A stretch of DNA of 64,000 nt. Source: an uncultured Verrucomicrobiae bacterium. GTDB taxonomy: Bacteria; Verrucomicrobiota; Verrucomicrobiia; Limisphaerales; Palsa-1400. This document shows positions 45,372 through 55,807 of the stretch, piece after piece. Where the stretch lies: positions 896,001-960,000 of the forward strand of contig CAVXRD010000002.1 of NCBI GenBank assembly GCA_963764165.1, written 5' to 3'. Below the pieces are notes generated by a model. The model searched no databases. It was not told where the DNA came from and saw only the letters and a program-made list of their open reading frames with translations. A program made the position numbers and the translations under genes. The first letter of the stretch is position 1. Each line of letters begins with the position of its first letter.

Positions 45372-46526
45372 ATGAAGAACATCCTTTTCGGTCTTGCCTT
45401 GGCAACGAGCTGCGTCATGCAGTCGATGGCGCAGCAAAATCCACCTTCTGACGCAGCTGATCATTCAGCACCCACCACATTCGCCCAGGCAGTGAATCAA
45501 TACTTCGATCAGTGGGACGCCAACCGAGATGGAAAGCTGTCGAAGGAGGAAATTGACGCTGCGGTAAACAACCCAAAAGTTCAGGGTGATTCCGCAGCCG
45601 CCATAGCCGCAGTTGAAAAGGTTGTTCGAGGCGGCAAATATACAATACCGGCGATCACGAAAGAGTTTCTCGTCAATAGTCCTGTGCATGAGCCTGACCA
45701 GGACGATCAGGCTGGTTCTGCAGACGATGATTCAAAGTCTGAGAAATTCACCCATGCTCCCGCCTTTCAACCCCGTTTTGTCGGGTCGCTTCACAAATTG
45801 CGTCAGACATCGCGCGATTTGTTCTCCCAAAACTTGCCCTCATTTGAGGCCACCCACCAAGGAAAGCTGGGTGATTGCCCATTCGTTTCAACAGTTGGTG
45901 CCATGGTTTACCGCGATCCTGCCACTATCAAGGCCATGTTCACCCAAAACGACAATGGCTCGATCACTGTTCAATTTGGGAATGGTCGCAGTATCAAGAT
46001 CGCTCACATCACAGACGCTGACATTGCGATATGGTCCAGCGCCGGTTCGAACGGGCTTTGGTTGACGGTTTTGGAAAAGGCTTATCGGCGGGAGGTGTTG
46101 AAATCACAGCCTCCTAAACAGGAAAAGAAAGCCGACATTTACGAGAAATTTCCCAGCACGCGCACAATCGAGATTCTGGACGGCCATCAAACGCGCAAGG
46201 TCGATCTTCGTGGTGCTCAATTAGTGACGTTGCGCAAGGATTTGGAGTCTGCGATGCGTGAACACAGGTTGGTCAAGGCTGGAACCGGAGCAGTCAAGAA
46301 GGCACCTGGCATTCCACACACTCACTCATTTGCAATCCTCGGCTACAACATAGATACGGATATGGTTCATGTCTGGAATCCCTGGGGCAACGACATTTCA
46401 CCTAAAGCGGACTCTCTACAAAACGGCTATACGACAAAACATGGCCTGTTCGACATTCCATTAAAGGAGCTGGTTCAAGTTTTTAAGGATGTCACATTTG
46501 AAACACCAGCATTGGAACGCAATTGA
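45372..46526 (+). CDS. Secreted EF-hand plus calpain-like (peptidase C2) cysteine protease
   Basis: Signal peptide; DANRDGKLSKEE EF-hand; QGKLGDC, LEKAY, HSFAI and WNPWG catalytic-triad motifs. Confidence 0.85.
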   Translation: MKNILFGLALATSCVMQSMAQQNPPSDAADHSAPTTFAQAVNQYFDQWDANRDGKLSKEEIDAAVNNPKVQGDSAAAIAAVEKVVRGGKYTIPAITKEFLVNSPVHEPDQDDQAGSADDDSKSEKFTHAPAFQPRFVGSLHKLRQTSRDLFSQNLPSFEATHQGKLGDCPFVSTVGAMVYRDPATIKAMFTQNDNGSITVQFGNGRSIKIAHITDADIAIWSSAGSNGLWLTVLEKAYRREVLKSQPPKQEKKADIYEKFPSTRTIEILDGHQTRKVDLRGAQLVTLRKDLESAMREHRLVKAGTGAVKKAPGIPHTHSFAILGYNIDTDMVHVWNPWGNDISPKADSLQNGYTTKHGLFDIPLKELVQVFKDVTFETPALERN

Positions 46527-47004
46527 ACTTTTAGTATGTCCGCACAAGCTTACAATGAGGAGCACCAACAATTTGTCGGCTGCAAGATCGTTGCGGCGGT
46601 TAGGTGCATCGTTTCAGGCAGGATTGGTATCTTTGCTGGGACACGACAGCTCTATGGTTCTTGAAATGGGATTATTACTGTCCGAGATCAGGGGGCCGGA
46701 GGCCGGTGTCAAGGCCGGTGTCAGTCACTCACTTTTTTGCGCTATTCGTTTTCGTGCTTTTATCCGTCGTCCGTTGGCTCGGAAGCGGATGGAGTAGGTC
46801 GCCCAAGCGAAGCGCGTTACTTGTTGAAGAACCGGTTTGCGATTTTCCAAGGCGCGATGCAATCAGAGGACGACCGACGTCACTTGCTCTCAATTGGATT
46901 TTTAACATCATTTGATCGATGCCTTGAATGTGAGAATCACTTCGCGAGACGTTTCCATCTGGAGCAGGCTTGCCTGCGCGGTTTTCCGCGAGTAATAAAT
47001 AGGC

Positions 47005-47160
47005 GTGCGTCAGTTCCTTAAAGAAGCGCTGCTTTTCTTGCGCCGGGAGAAAAAATGGTGGCTGATTCCGTTGGTGGTTTGTGTCTTGATTCTGGCCGCG
47101 CTCGTTTTCTTCACGCAAGGTTCGTCGCCGCTCTCGCCATTCATGTATTCGGGCAAATAG
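47005..47160 (+). CDS. Small membrane protein, DUF5989-like (not in the ORF track)
   Basis: GTG 47005 reads MRQFLKEALLFLRREKKWWLIPLVVCVLILAALVFFTQGSSPLSPFMYSGK*. Confidence 0.8.
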   Translation: MRQFLKEALLFLRREKKWWLIPLVVCVLILAALVFFTQGSSPLSPFMYSGK

Positions 47161-47170
47161 CGTGGCTGCG

Positions 47171-48760
47171 ATGGCGTGGCTTCCGCAATTATTTCTGCTT
47201 GGCCTGGCTTTTGTCCTGGCGCGCTGGGTGCAAGCGCCAACGGTCGCTTTAGCAGGGCTGGGCGCGATCACGGCGGGTGTCTTGCTTCAATCGAGGACAG
47301 GTCGCGCGGCCTATGCGATAACCATTGTCGGAAGCATTGCCATGTGGGCCAGCGTTTTTGGCACTGGCGTTACCTGGAGTTTGTATTTCCTTGCGCCAGC
47401 CTCGTTGATTTTTCTGGCACTGGCAGTTTCCCGCTTCCGGGTAAAGGACGCTTCGCTGAAGCCAAGATTGAATTTTCTCGCGGCCCAGTGGCTTCTGGCT
47501 GGCTCTGTTATGTGGCTGGGCGCGGGTTACGCGCATAACGAAAAATTCGTTTTCTTTACCGGCCTGGCGGCGGTTATCGGATCGCTCCTGATTTGGCGAT
47601 TCGCCTTCCCGTGGAGTGCGCTGGCCGCGCAAAGTCTCAGCACGCTTATTCTCCTGCTTATCGGACTTCCAATGGTTGATGCTGTCCTTCGTCCCCACTC
47701 AGCGACGGTTCAAGCCGGGAACTGCCAGCGTTACTATTCCTTCAATGCGGCCAAGGGCGACCCGGAGGCGTTTGGCCGCTGGGAGGAATTTTACACGACG
47801 CAGTTCGACAAGCTGGGGACAGCGCTGTTTACGCCCGCGCCGGGGACGTCGCTGCCGTTTCGCCTGCAGCCCGGCGCCAGCACGGTATTCATCAATTGCC
47901 CGATCTCCGTCAACAGCCGGGGCTTTCGCGGCTCCGAGTTTTCGAACCCAAAGAGCGATGTCTATCGCATCGTCGCGCTCGGCGAATCGACTACTTTTGG
48001 AATGACAGTCCAGCGCGGCGACAAGCCGTGGCCGGAAGTATTGGAACAACTCATTCACGAACGATTGAAAACCCGAAAACCGGTGGAAGTGATCAATGCC
48101 GGCGTTCCTGCCTATAGCATTGTCAACAACGTATCCCGTTTGCACGGCGAAATCCTGCCGCTGCAGCCGGATATGATCATCTCCTATCACGGGGCGAACG
48201 CCTTTACCATGCTTGACGCTTCCGTGCTGCCACCGCTGGGACCGCCGCCGCCGATTTACCGCGAGCGCCCGCTCAAGATTGCGGCGAACCTGGAACACAA
48301 ATTGCGAATGGCTTTATTCCGCCGCGCCGCCCTTAAGCTGGGCAGCCGAGCCGCCAATTCATTCAAAACCGGCGATCCATTGCAAACGCCATACGCCGCG
48401 GCCTACCGGCAGCTTATCGGCTGGAGCCGATCAAACGGAGTCAAGCTCGCGCTGGCGAATTATTCGATGGCGGTCAACAAAGAAAGCCCGCAAAACGTGA
48501 TCGATTTCTATCAGGGCGGCGGAAGCCGGGCTGCCTACGGTTTTATGCGGGCAAACGCTGTCCACTCCGAAATCGCGCGCGGCCTGGCCGCGGAAAATCC
48601 AGGTGTGTGTTTTATTGACACGCATCCCCGGCTGGACGGCGACCACGAGAAGTTCATCGACCTCATCCATTTCACGGGCGAAGGCGACCGCCAATTGGCG
48701 GAAAACGTGTTCGCCGGCATCAGCAACACGCTGGCGCGGGATCTTTCTCCCGCGCCATGA
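47171..48760 (+). CDS. Membrane-anchored SGNH/GDSL hydrolase-family protein
   Basis: N-terminal TM bundle; NSRGFRG, ALGESTTFG, VINAGVPAY, YHGAN, DLIHF. Confidence 0.82.
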   Translation: MAWLPQLFLLGLAFVLARWVQAPTVALAGLGAITAGVLLQSRTGRAAYAITIVGSIAMWASVFGTGVTWSLYFLAPASLIFLALAVSRFRVKDASLKPRLNFLAAQWLLAGSVMWLGAGYAHNEKFVFFTGLAAVIGSLLIWRFAFPWSALAAQSLSTLILLLIGLPMVDAVLRPHSATVQAGNCQRYYSFNAAKGDPEAFGRWEEFYTTQFDKLGTALFTPAPGTSLPFRLQPGASTVFINCPISVNSRGFRGSEFSNPKSDVYRIVALGESTTFGMTVQRGDKPWPEVLEQLIHERLKTRKPVEVINAGVPAYSIVNNVSRLHGEILPLQPDMIISYHGANAFTMLDASVLPPLGPPPPIYRERPLKIAANLEHKLRMALFRRAALKLGSRAANSFKTGDPLQTPYAAAYRQLIGWSRSNGVKLALANYSMAVNKESPQNVIDFYQGGGSRAAYGFMRANAVHSEIARGLAAENPGVCFIDTHPRLDGDHEKFIDLIHFTGEGDRQLAENVFAGISNTLARDLSPAP

Positions 48761-48972
48761 GACCAACGCGAGTGCGGGACAAAATTCTTCTGCCTCCGCG
48801 TTCGTTGAGAGTGGCAGAGGTGGACATGGAAGGGCGTGATCAAGAGTGGGTGATGCGTGCAGGCAATCCGTCGGAGCGGGGCTGTCGCTCACCCACGTCT
48901 AACCACAACCAGATGGAAGTGAATCGTGTTAAACGGCTGGAGTGACGAGCCCTTTGTGATTATATTGAATCG

Positions 48973-49476
48973 TTGAGTGGTTTTGATGATTGCATGGCTT
49001 ATTACCTTGCCACAGAACGTGAAGCAGACGTCACCGGCTCATACCGGCGCTATCAGGATTATTTGCGCGAGAACCAGCGGCGGTTCCCGCCGGGAGCGTT
49101 TGCTCTCGCCACGGCGGAATGGTGGCAAAACGGCGAAGACCATCGCTCCCCGCATGATGCCTGCCTGGTGAGCGCTGCGTTTTCTGAGGCATCTGCCGGT
49201 GAACGCTTTGAGCAAAGATTAACGGCGCTCCGCGTCAGGTTGTCGGGAGCATACGGCGACGGTTTCCTCGAGCTTTTCTACTCGCGCGTATTCAGCTATT
49301 CGTTCCAAAGTTCGTCGTGCGCGCGTGGTTTGGGTGGATGGCGGTATGACGAATTTAGGTTGTCGACGGCCGGCCACGTGATTCATGAGATTGAATGGTC
49401 CGGGTTTCCTCACTGCGAGGGTTCGCGCTGGATTATCGAGGCGGAAGATATTGATTATCGGTGGATCCCAAAGTGA
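48973..49476 (+). CDS. Hypothetical protein (immunity-protein-like); start uncertain
   Basis: 167-aa ORF with PHDA.L, WRYDEF, HEIEW, WIIEA.DI...W. Confidence 0.6.
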   Translation: MSGFDDCMAYYLATEREADVTGSYRRYQDYLRENQRRFPPGAFALATAEWWQNGEDHRSPHDACLVSAAFSEASAGERFEQRLTALRVRLSGAYGDGFLELFYSRVFSYSFQSSSCARGLGGWRYDEFRLSTAGHVIHEIEWSGFPHCEGSRWIIEAEDIDYRWIPK

Positions 49477-49829
49477 TGTTTTCTATTGCAGGCGAAGGCG
49501 ATAGTGCTGTTGGAATCACGCTATATGTTTCAGCCCTTCGCCCACATGGCGGCAATTTCCAAAATTTCCCAATCGGATGCGTGCCAGCCGGGCGTCAACT
49601 GCGGCTCATTCTTTTTTCAAGAAGCGAGTTTTTCCATTCACTAAACGGAACGCGGCCGTTGGCGAGTTCCAGCTTTTGGATTTCGCGCTCCATCATCACC
49701 CTGGTGTAATCTATAGTTCACATCTGTCAAAGGGTTTCAAGAAATCCTGCTCGCGGCGATCTCCGGCGGCGGGCGTTTTGGCGGCAGGCAAGCTTTCTTT
49801 TTCCCAGCCGTCCCGCTTCATTTTGCGCT

Positions 49830-50564
49830 TCACCCTGTGAGTCGCATTCCTTGATAAACCATCACAGAGGAACCTTCCGCCAGAAATGCCGACGATGGCT
49901 TGTCATTCAGGCTGTCACAGAATTGTTCGCCATAAAGACCCGCCACATTGCAATCCAAAGTTGCGTCAGAGACTTCACAAAACCGCCAGCGTGGATGTTC
50001 AACTTTGTACTCGAGCGTCGCGCCATTCTTCTGTTTGTTGTAACCCCAATAATGTTCGGTGATGAATTCGGCTTCCGTGCCTTCGCGCAATGGCTGCGCT
50101 TCTCCACGAGTGGTCAGTTTTAAACTATTTTGCCTCCCGGCGAACGTCCAAGAGTATTCCACTGATCGCGCCAGGCTGGATTCGGGATCGATTTGGTGGG
50201 ACATGGAAAGTGCGATGTAGGGTTCGTTGTAAAGCTTGCGGGCAGCGAGCGCTATGGCCGCGCGGGGAACGATCTCCTTTATGAACACTACGCCGCGCCG
50301 CCAGCCGTCTGCCGCTTTGCGGCGGACGTAAAACCGAAGATTAACTTCCTCAAAATTGCGATGAAAGGGAATGGGGATGCCAAATACGCGGGTCTTCAAA
50401 AACAGAAAGCCCACCATGGAAACCAAAACCTTTCCGTTCCAATGATCCAGTTCTGTTCCAGACGGCACGAAAGGCAGGAGCAAAGACGGCTCGATTTCGA
50501 AATTTAGCATCGCCAGATGCCTCCATTCAGCGGTGAGAAGCGGTCTTGGCGCGCTATTAGACAC
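49830..50564 (-). CDS. DUF2071/YqjF-family protein
   Basis: LTAEWRHLAMLNF, FEEVNLRFYV, FITEHYWGY, VEHPRW. Confidence 0.85.
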   Translation of the reverse strand: MSNSAPRPLLTAEWRHLAMLNFEIEPSLLLPFVPSGTELDHWNGKVLVSMVGFLFLKTRVFGIPIPFHRNFEEVNLRFYVRRKAADGWRRGVVFIKEIVPRAAIALAARKLYNEPYIALSMSHQIDPESSLARSVEYSWTFAGRQNSLKLTTRGEAQPLREGTEAEFITEHYWGYNKQKNGATLEYKVEHPRWRFCEVSDATLDCNVAGLYGEQFCDSLNDKPSSAFLAEGSSVMVYQGMRLTG

Positions 50565-50775
50565 TTGGCCGACAATCAAACTGCTTCAGGGTGTGGCTCG
50601 CAAGCTCATTTCAGAATCACGGTGACCCCACTGATGAATATTCTGCGCGTTCCACCTCGGCACATCTGCCACAGGGCTGCATCCAACGCTGCTTTTGGTT
50701 GACGTGAATGAATGGAGGCATTTTCCTTAAAGGCATGACGGCCACCTGGGATCCCGCCACACCACTGCATTGGCT

Positions 50776-51200
50776 ATGATTCGTGCCGTGATGGATACGA
50801 ATGTATTGGTAGCGGGCTTGCGTTCGCGGAATGGAGCGTCGCATGAATTGCTGACGCGGCTAAGAGCCGGCGATTGGTCGCTGGTGATAAGCAATACGGT
50901 GCTCGGAGAATATCATGAGATCCTGCATCGGGAGGCGCGGATTCGGTTAAGCTGACGCATCGCGAAGCTGATTTTTACATTGATGCTTTGTGCGCGCTGG
51001 CTGAGAGATTCTCTCCCGCCACGCCGTGGCAACCGGCGGCAACTGATCGAGACGATGAAGCTATCATTCAACTGGCGCGCGAGGCGCGAGTTCTGTATCT
51101 TCTAACGCACAATGTCCGGGATGTCAGCGGGGCCGCGCAATTTGGAGTTCGAGTCGTGCGGCCGACTGAATTCCTGGCAATCTTGAGGCAAACGAAATGA
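50776..51200 (+). CDS. PIN-family toxin, split by an apparent frameshift at ~50935-50940
   Basis: RAVMDTNVLVAGLRSRNGAS...EYHEIL joins DSVKLTHREADFYIDALC...DRDDEAIIQLA...LTHNVRD...VVRPTEFL. Confidence 0.8.
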
Positions 51201-51460
51201 CGAAAATCGAAGCAAACGTGCCGGACTATTTAGCTCGGCAGGCTCTCGCGGCGGCGGAACGGGAACGGGTTCCAATTGACCAAATCGTCGCCTTGGCTCT
51301 TTCGGCCCAGATCGCTGCCTGGAAGGGAAGCGACGACATGGAAACGCGCTCCAAGCGCGCGAACCTGGAGGTTTTTGATCGCATCATGGCCAACGCGCCC
51401 GACGTGCCTCCCGTTCCCGGCGACGAGTTGCCGTCCAAAAAAGGCGTCAGTCAAACATAA
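51197..51460 (+). CDS. Ribbon-helix-helix-like antitoxin
   Basis: ATGA overlap with the PIN gene; VPDYL...AERERVPIDQIV..AL; PDVPP.PGDEL tail. Confidence 0.75.
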   Translation: MTKIEANVPDYLARQALAAAERERVPIDQIVALALSAQIAAWKGSDDMETRSKRANLEVFDRIMANAPDVPPVPGDELPSKKGVSQT

Positions 51461-51498
51461 CGGGTGCTTTAGACCCGTGCCGTCATATTTGCCTCGCC

Positions 51499-51957
51499 TC
51501 ACTCCCCCGCCTGCGCCGTCGCCCACTTGATGAATTCCGCCCGTTGCTCGTCGGTGAGGCGCGCTTCGGGGTGCATGCGGGTGTATTGCGGCATGGGCAT
51601 GTCGCGGCTTTCGAGATCGTCGGCGACGTTGCGCCAGCGTTTGCGGACGCGCTTCTCGTCGCCGCGGGGCCAGTCGGAGAAATTCATGACGGCGCGGGCG
51701 GCGGTGACGTCTCTGACGATATACCACGAGACTGGCGCCACGTAGCTATACCACGGCCACTTGGTTTCGTGAGAATGGCAGTCGTAGCAGGAGTTTTTCA
51801 GCATGGCCGCGATGGCGGGCGGCGGCGGGTTGCTGGCCATGAGATCGTGTCCGGGAAGGATCGGCGGGTTTTCGTGGCGCGGATTGGTCAACTGAAGTCC
51901 GCCGAAGCCCAGCGCCATCAGCGCCGCGCTCCATTTTAGCCACTTCTTGATTTTCAC
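51499..51957 (-). CDS. Heme-binding (Haem_bd) cytochrome c-type protein
   Basis: CYDCHS heme motif; PWYSYVAPVSW, NFSDW, MPMPQY..MHPEARLT. Confidence 0.88.
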   Translation of the reverse strand: MKIKKWLKWSAALMALGFGGLQLTNPRHENPPILPGHDLMASNPPPPAIAAMLKNSCYDCHSHETKWPWYSYVAPVSWYIVRDVTAARAVMNFSDWPRGDEKRVRKRWRNVADDLESRDMPMPQYTRMHPEARLTDEQRAEFIKWATAQAGE

Positions 51958-53000
51958 GGTTCGGGATGCGGAGGCAGAATGCGACGCCCCATTTCCTCCA
52001 ATCTTCCGGCAACCCGGCTGATTAAATCCAGACTAATCGCATCCAAATCATCGCCGTCTTCCACGAATTTGGCCAGGTACTCGGCCGATTGCGTCTTCAA
52101 CCCGGCCCGCGTGCAAACAATGTAAGCCACTGATTCGGCCTCGATTTCCGCCACCGCCTCGGACAAGTTCAGCCGGAACGGCCAAGAACCGTCCCGGTCG
52201 GCCCCGACGTGTCCCAGAAAAATATGCGCCAGCTCATGGCAAAGAACGCCGTAAGCCGCCGCGTCGTCGAGATCGTCGCGCACGCCGACGCGCATTTTCC
52301 AATCCGGCTGGCGCGAGCGCGCGGTGGCAAACCCTCCGTTCCATTGGCTCATCGGCACGCGCTTGACCTGAATGCGGTCGCGCTCGCAATTCTTGAGGGT
52401 CTTGTCAAGAATAGCCGGGTCGAAGCGTCCGCCGGCCCTGGCGATGCCGCGCATTTGCTCCGGCAGCGGAGGGCCTTCGGTGTCAACAATATCGTAGACA
52501 AACAGCACAGGCGTGCGCGGGGCCAGGATCACCATCCCGCGCGCCTCCGGCTTGATCGCGCGGCCGAATTCCTTGCGCCAATGATTGGCGGTGGCGTAGA
52601 AAACGGCCTGCGGGTTCTGGCTGTAAACCAGCATGTTGTTGAACGGCGAATATTCACGGAATTTCGCGACAAATTCCACCGCCTCGGAAAATTTCCGCGA
52701 TTTCCGAAAGCGCCGGCTGCGCGCGAAAAGCTCGTCAATCGAGGATTGATGCTGCTGGGAAGGATCGCCGCCTTCGGCCAGCGCCTCGGTGATCGCGCCC
52801 GCGTTCAGCGTGTAAATAAGAAATTTGCGCTGGGCGTCCGGAAGATCGCGGCGGGCGCGGAGTTCGTCCAGGACGCCTGGGAGAATGAGCCGGGCGGGCC
52901 AGCCGCCCTCGGCCTCGATGTCGCGCAGCAAGTCGGCGGGCGAACCGTGGCGGCGGCCAATCCAACCGAGCACAAACGTTGCCGCCTCGCCGCGCGTCAT
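51954..53000 (-). CDS. ArdC-like N-terminal domain plus zincin (ImmA/IrrE-like) metallopeptidase domain
   Basis: KFREYSPFNNMLVYSQNP.A...AT..HW...GR.IK...ILAP...VYDIVDTEG; HELAH; EIEAESVAYIVC. The ATG at 53000 overlaps the kinase stop. Confidence 0.78.
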   Translation of the reverse strand: MTRGEAATFVLGWIGRRHGSPADLLRDIEAEGGWPARLILPGVLDELRARRDLPDAQRKFLIYTLNAGAITEALAEGGDPSQQHQSSIDELFARSRRFRKSRKFSEAVEFVAKFREYSPFNNMLVYSQNPQAVFYATANHWRKEFGRAIKPEARGMVILAPRTPVLFVYDIVDTEGPPLPEQMRGIARAGGRFDPAILDKTLKNCERDRIQVKRVPMSQWNGGFATARSRQPDWKMRVGVRDDLDDAAAYGVLCHELAHIFLGHVGADRDGSWPFRLNLSEAVAEIEAESVAYIVCTRAGLKTQSAEYLAKFVEDGDDLDAISLDLISRVAGRLEEMGRRILPPHPEP

Positions 53001-55804
53001 GTTTTTTGGCGGTCCAGGATGCGGCGAACCTTGGTCAGGAAGGCGTCGGGATGAAATGGTTTCTGCAGGAACTGGAATGGCCGGTTGAGCTTGCCCCATT
53101 GCGAAGCCTCCTGGTCGGAATAGCCGGAAATGAAAAGCACGCGCAGCGCCGGGCGCGTTTCGCCGAGGCGCCGGGCCAGCTCGAGTCCGCTGAATCCGGG
53201 CATGGTCACGTCTGTCACCAATAAATCAATCCCCTGCTCCCGGGATTCGGCGAGGGCCAGGGCGTCTTCGCCGTGCCGGGCGTCAAGAACACAATAACCC
53301 GCGGCCTTCAAAACCTCCACCAGCATCATGCGCACCAGCTCCTCGTCTTCCACCAGGAGGACGGTTTCGCTCCCGCCGCCGCCCTTGGTTATCAAATGGC
53401 TTGATTCTTCGTCTCCGGCCTGGCCTTCGAAACGAGGCAGGTAAATGTGGAAGCACGTTCCTTTTCCAACAGCGGTTGTGACCGTGATTTCGCCGCCGGA
53501 CTGCTTGACGACGCCGTAGACATTGGACAGGCCAAGCCCGGTTCCTTTGCCGGCCTCCTTGGTGGTGTAAAACGGCTCGAACAAATGCGACATCACTTCA
53601 TCGCTCATCCCGCATCCCGTATCGCACACGCTGAGCACCGCATACGAACCCGCCGGAAGATGGCCGGACGAAAACATTTTTTGCTCCGCGAAGGCGGCAC
53701 GGCTGGTTTCGATTTTCAGGACACCGCCTTTCGGCATGGCGTCGCGGGCGTTGATGGCGAGGTTCAAAATGATCTGCTCCATCTGGCCCGGATCGGCCCG
53801 GATGCACGAAACGGGCTCGCCGAGAACAAGTTTCAATTCGATCGTTTCGCCGAGCACGCGCTCCATCAAGTGCGTCATTTCCGCCACAATTTTGTTCAGC
53901 GCGAGGAGCTTTGGTTTCACCACCTGCTTGCGGCTGAAGGCCAGCAATTGGCGCGTGAGCGAACTGGCGTGGGCCAGGGACTTTTGGATGTTCTCGACGA
54001 TTTCGTGGTTCGGATCCTTCGGGGGCAAGCGGCGATCCAGCAAGTTGCTGTAGCCGAGGATCGCCTGCATCAAGTTGTTGAAATCGTGCGCGATGCCGCC
54101 AGCCAGCCGCCCCACCGCTTCCATCTTTTGCGATTGGCGGTATTGCTCCTCCAGTTGCTTGCGCTCGGCAATGTCACGCACCACCACGATGAGCATCGGC
54201 GAGCCGCCGCGAAAAATTTCGCTGATCGCCAGATCAATTGGCGTGGGAATGCCATTGCCGCGAAGGGCGGTCATCTCGATGACTTTGGGCGGATTTTCTC
54301 CCAGGTTGCGCGCGAGGTAATCGGTGTATTTGGGCCAATCATTGGGCTCGAAAAAACTCTGGATCGACTTATGCAGAACCTGGGCCGAGGAACGGATGAA
54401 GATGCGCTCGGCGGCCGGGTTGATCATATTGACGGTGCCATCACGGTCGAGCACCATCACCCCGTCCACCATGCTGTCAAGAATAGCGCGAAAACGCTCT
54501 TCTCCCAGGCGCAGCGCCTGCTCGGATTCCTTGCGGCGCGTGATGTCCTGCATGACGGCTTGGAACTCGCAAAGCTCTCCAATGTCATCGAAGAGGGCGC
54601 GCACGGTGCATTGCTGCCAGATCAGGCGGCCATCGCCGAGCAGCACTTTGTTGTCGAAGGCTTGCAGCGGTTCGGAGGGAGTCAGTTTCGCGAATTGCTG
54701 CAGCGGAATTTCGCGATCCTGCTCCGCCAGCGATGGGAAGAAATTGGCGCCGATCAGTTGCGCGCGCGTTTTTCCATGAAAACGGCAGTAAGACTGGTTG
54801 ACGAACGTCAGCGTGCCATCGCGGCGGAAACGGCAGATGAGATCCGTCTGATCTTCAACGACGGCGCGGTAGCGTTTCTCGCTTTCCTCCAATTCGCGCT
54901 TGGCGACTTCCCGTTCCACCGCCGCGCTGGCCAAGAGCAGATTTCCCACCGCCACCACGCCAATGTAACAGCCGATCAGCGTGAGGCTGTAAGTCAGGCC
55001 AGCCTTGTCCGTGCCAATCCAAAACGGCCCGCGCCGATGCAGCAATTCAAAAATCGACATGGCGGCGACGGCGAAGGTCCCGGTGGTGGCTCCGCGCTGT
55101 CCGAAGCGCAAGGCGGCCCAGACCATGAACGGATAAGGCAGAAATGCGAGTGGATAACTTTCGATTCCGTAGGAATTGAACGATAATTGCGTCCCCGCCA
55201 CCAGGCCCGCCGCGCAGCAGACCGCTTCAAACGGCCACCGCTTGTAAAGCCGCAGCGCGGTCGGAGTGCTCCAGGCGAGAATGATGGGCGTCACCACCAG
55301 AGCGCCCATGGCATTGGGAACCCACCACGCGGTGACATTGGCGAGAAGCTGGTCCCAGGGCAGCACATGGCTGAAGCACAAGCCCATGGCGTTGAAAGCC
55401 GCGTTGACAGTGGTGCCCAAAAAGCAGGCGAACAAAATAAAACCAACGGCGTGGCGCAAACGCTCCATCGGATTCTGAAAATGGACGAAGCGTTCCAGCA
55501 GGTAGGCGCACACGAGCGCGCCAGCGGTGTTGCCAATGGCGGTTGAAACGGTGAAAAATCCGAAGGGCGATCCGAAACTCGAACCTTGCGCCAGCGTGAA
55601 AACCCAGGCCCCGATGGCGACTCCCCACCACATCCGGTAGCCAAAGAGAAGAATCCCCGCCAGCGCGATGCCCGAAGGCGGCCAGACCAATGCCACCTCG
55701 CCTCCCATAAAAGAGGATTTGCTGCCCAGCACCCCGCCTACCACATACAACGCCGCCAACAACAGTGCTCCCACTGGCGTGGACAGGCGGGACGATTTCT
55801 TCAT
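52997..55804 (-). CDS. Hybrid sensor kinase MASE1-PAS-PAS-HisKA-HATPase-REC
   Basis: [14 protein letters not shown]1 motif; two PAS domains; [26 protein letters not shown]-terminal REC. Confidence 0.93.
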   Translation of the reverse strand: MKKSSRLSTPVGALLLAALYVVGGVLGSKSSFMGGEVALVWPPSGIALAGILLFGYRMWWGVAIGAWVFTLAQGSSFGSPFGFFTVSTAIGNTAGALVCAYLLERFVHFQNPMERLRHAVGFILFACFLGTTVNAAFNAMGLCFSHVLPWDQLLANVTAWWVPNAMGALVVTPIILAWSTPTALRLYKRWPFEAVCCAAGLVAGTQLSFNSYGIESYPLAFLPYPFMVWAALRFGQRGATTGTFAVAAMSIFELLHRRGPFWIGTDKAGLTYSLTLIGCYIGVVAVGNLLLASAAVEREVAKRELEESEKRYRAVVEDQTDLICRFRRDGTLTFVNQSYCRFHGKTRAQLIGANFFPSLAEQDREIPLQQFAKLTPSEPLQAFDNKVLLGDGRLIWQQCTVRALFDDIGELCEFQAVMQDITRRKESEQALRLGEERFRAILDSMVDGVMVLDRDGTVNMINPAAERIFIRSSAQVLHKSIQSFFEPNDWPKYTDYLARNLGENPPKVIEMTALRGNGIPTPIDLAISEIFRGGSPMLIVVVRDIAERKQLEEQYRQSQKMEAVGRLAGGIAHDFNNLMQAILGYSNLLDRRLPPKDPNHEIVENIQKSLAHASSLTRQLLAFSRKQVVKPKLLALNKIVAEMTHLMERVLGETIELKLVLGEPVSCIRADPGQMEQIILNLAINARDAMPKGGVLKIETSRAAFAEQKMFSSGHLPAGSYAVLSVCDTGCGMSDEVMSHLFEPFYTTKEAGKGTGLGLSNVYGVVKQSGGEITVTTAVGKGTCFHIYLPRFEGQAGDEESSHLITKGGGGSETVLLVEDEELVRMMLVEVLKAAGYCVLDARHGEDALALAESREQGIDLLVTDVTMPGFSGLELARRLGETRPALRVLFISGYSDQEASQWGKLNRPFQFLQKPFHPDAFLTKVRRILDRQKT

Positions 55805-55807
55805 GCT

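Noticed and set aside
46489..47021. Overlapping ~100-aa ORFs between the protease and the DUF5989-like gene
   Set aside because: No recognisable motifs or consistent coding frame; treated as intergenic or degraded.
48897..48978. Integron attC site before the 48973 ORF (GTCTAAC ... GTTGAGT)
   Set aside because: Core-like heptamers are present, but I could not form the L-box pairing, and there is no intI or cassette array.
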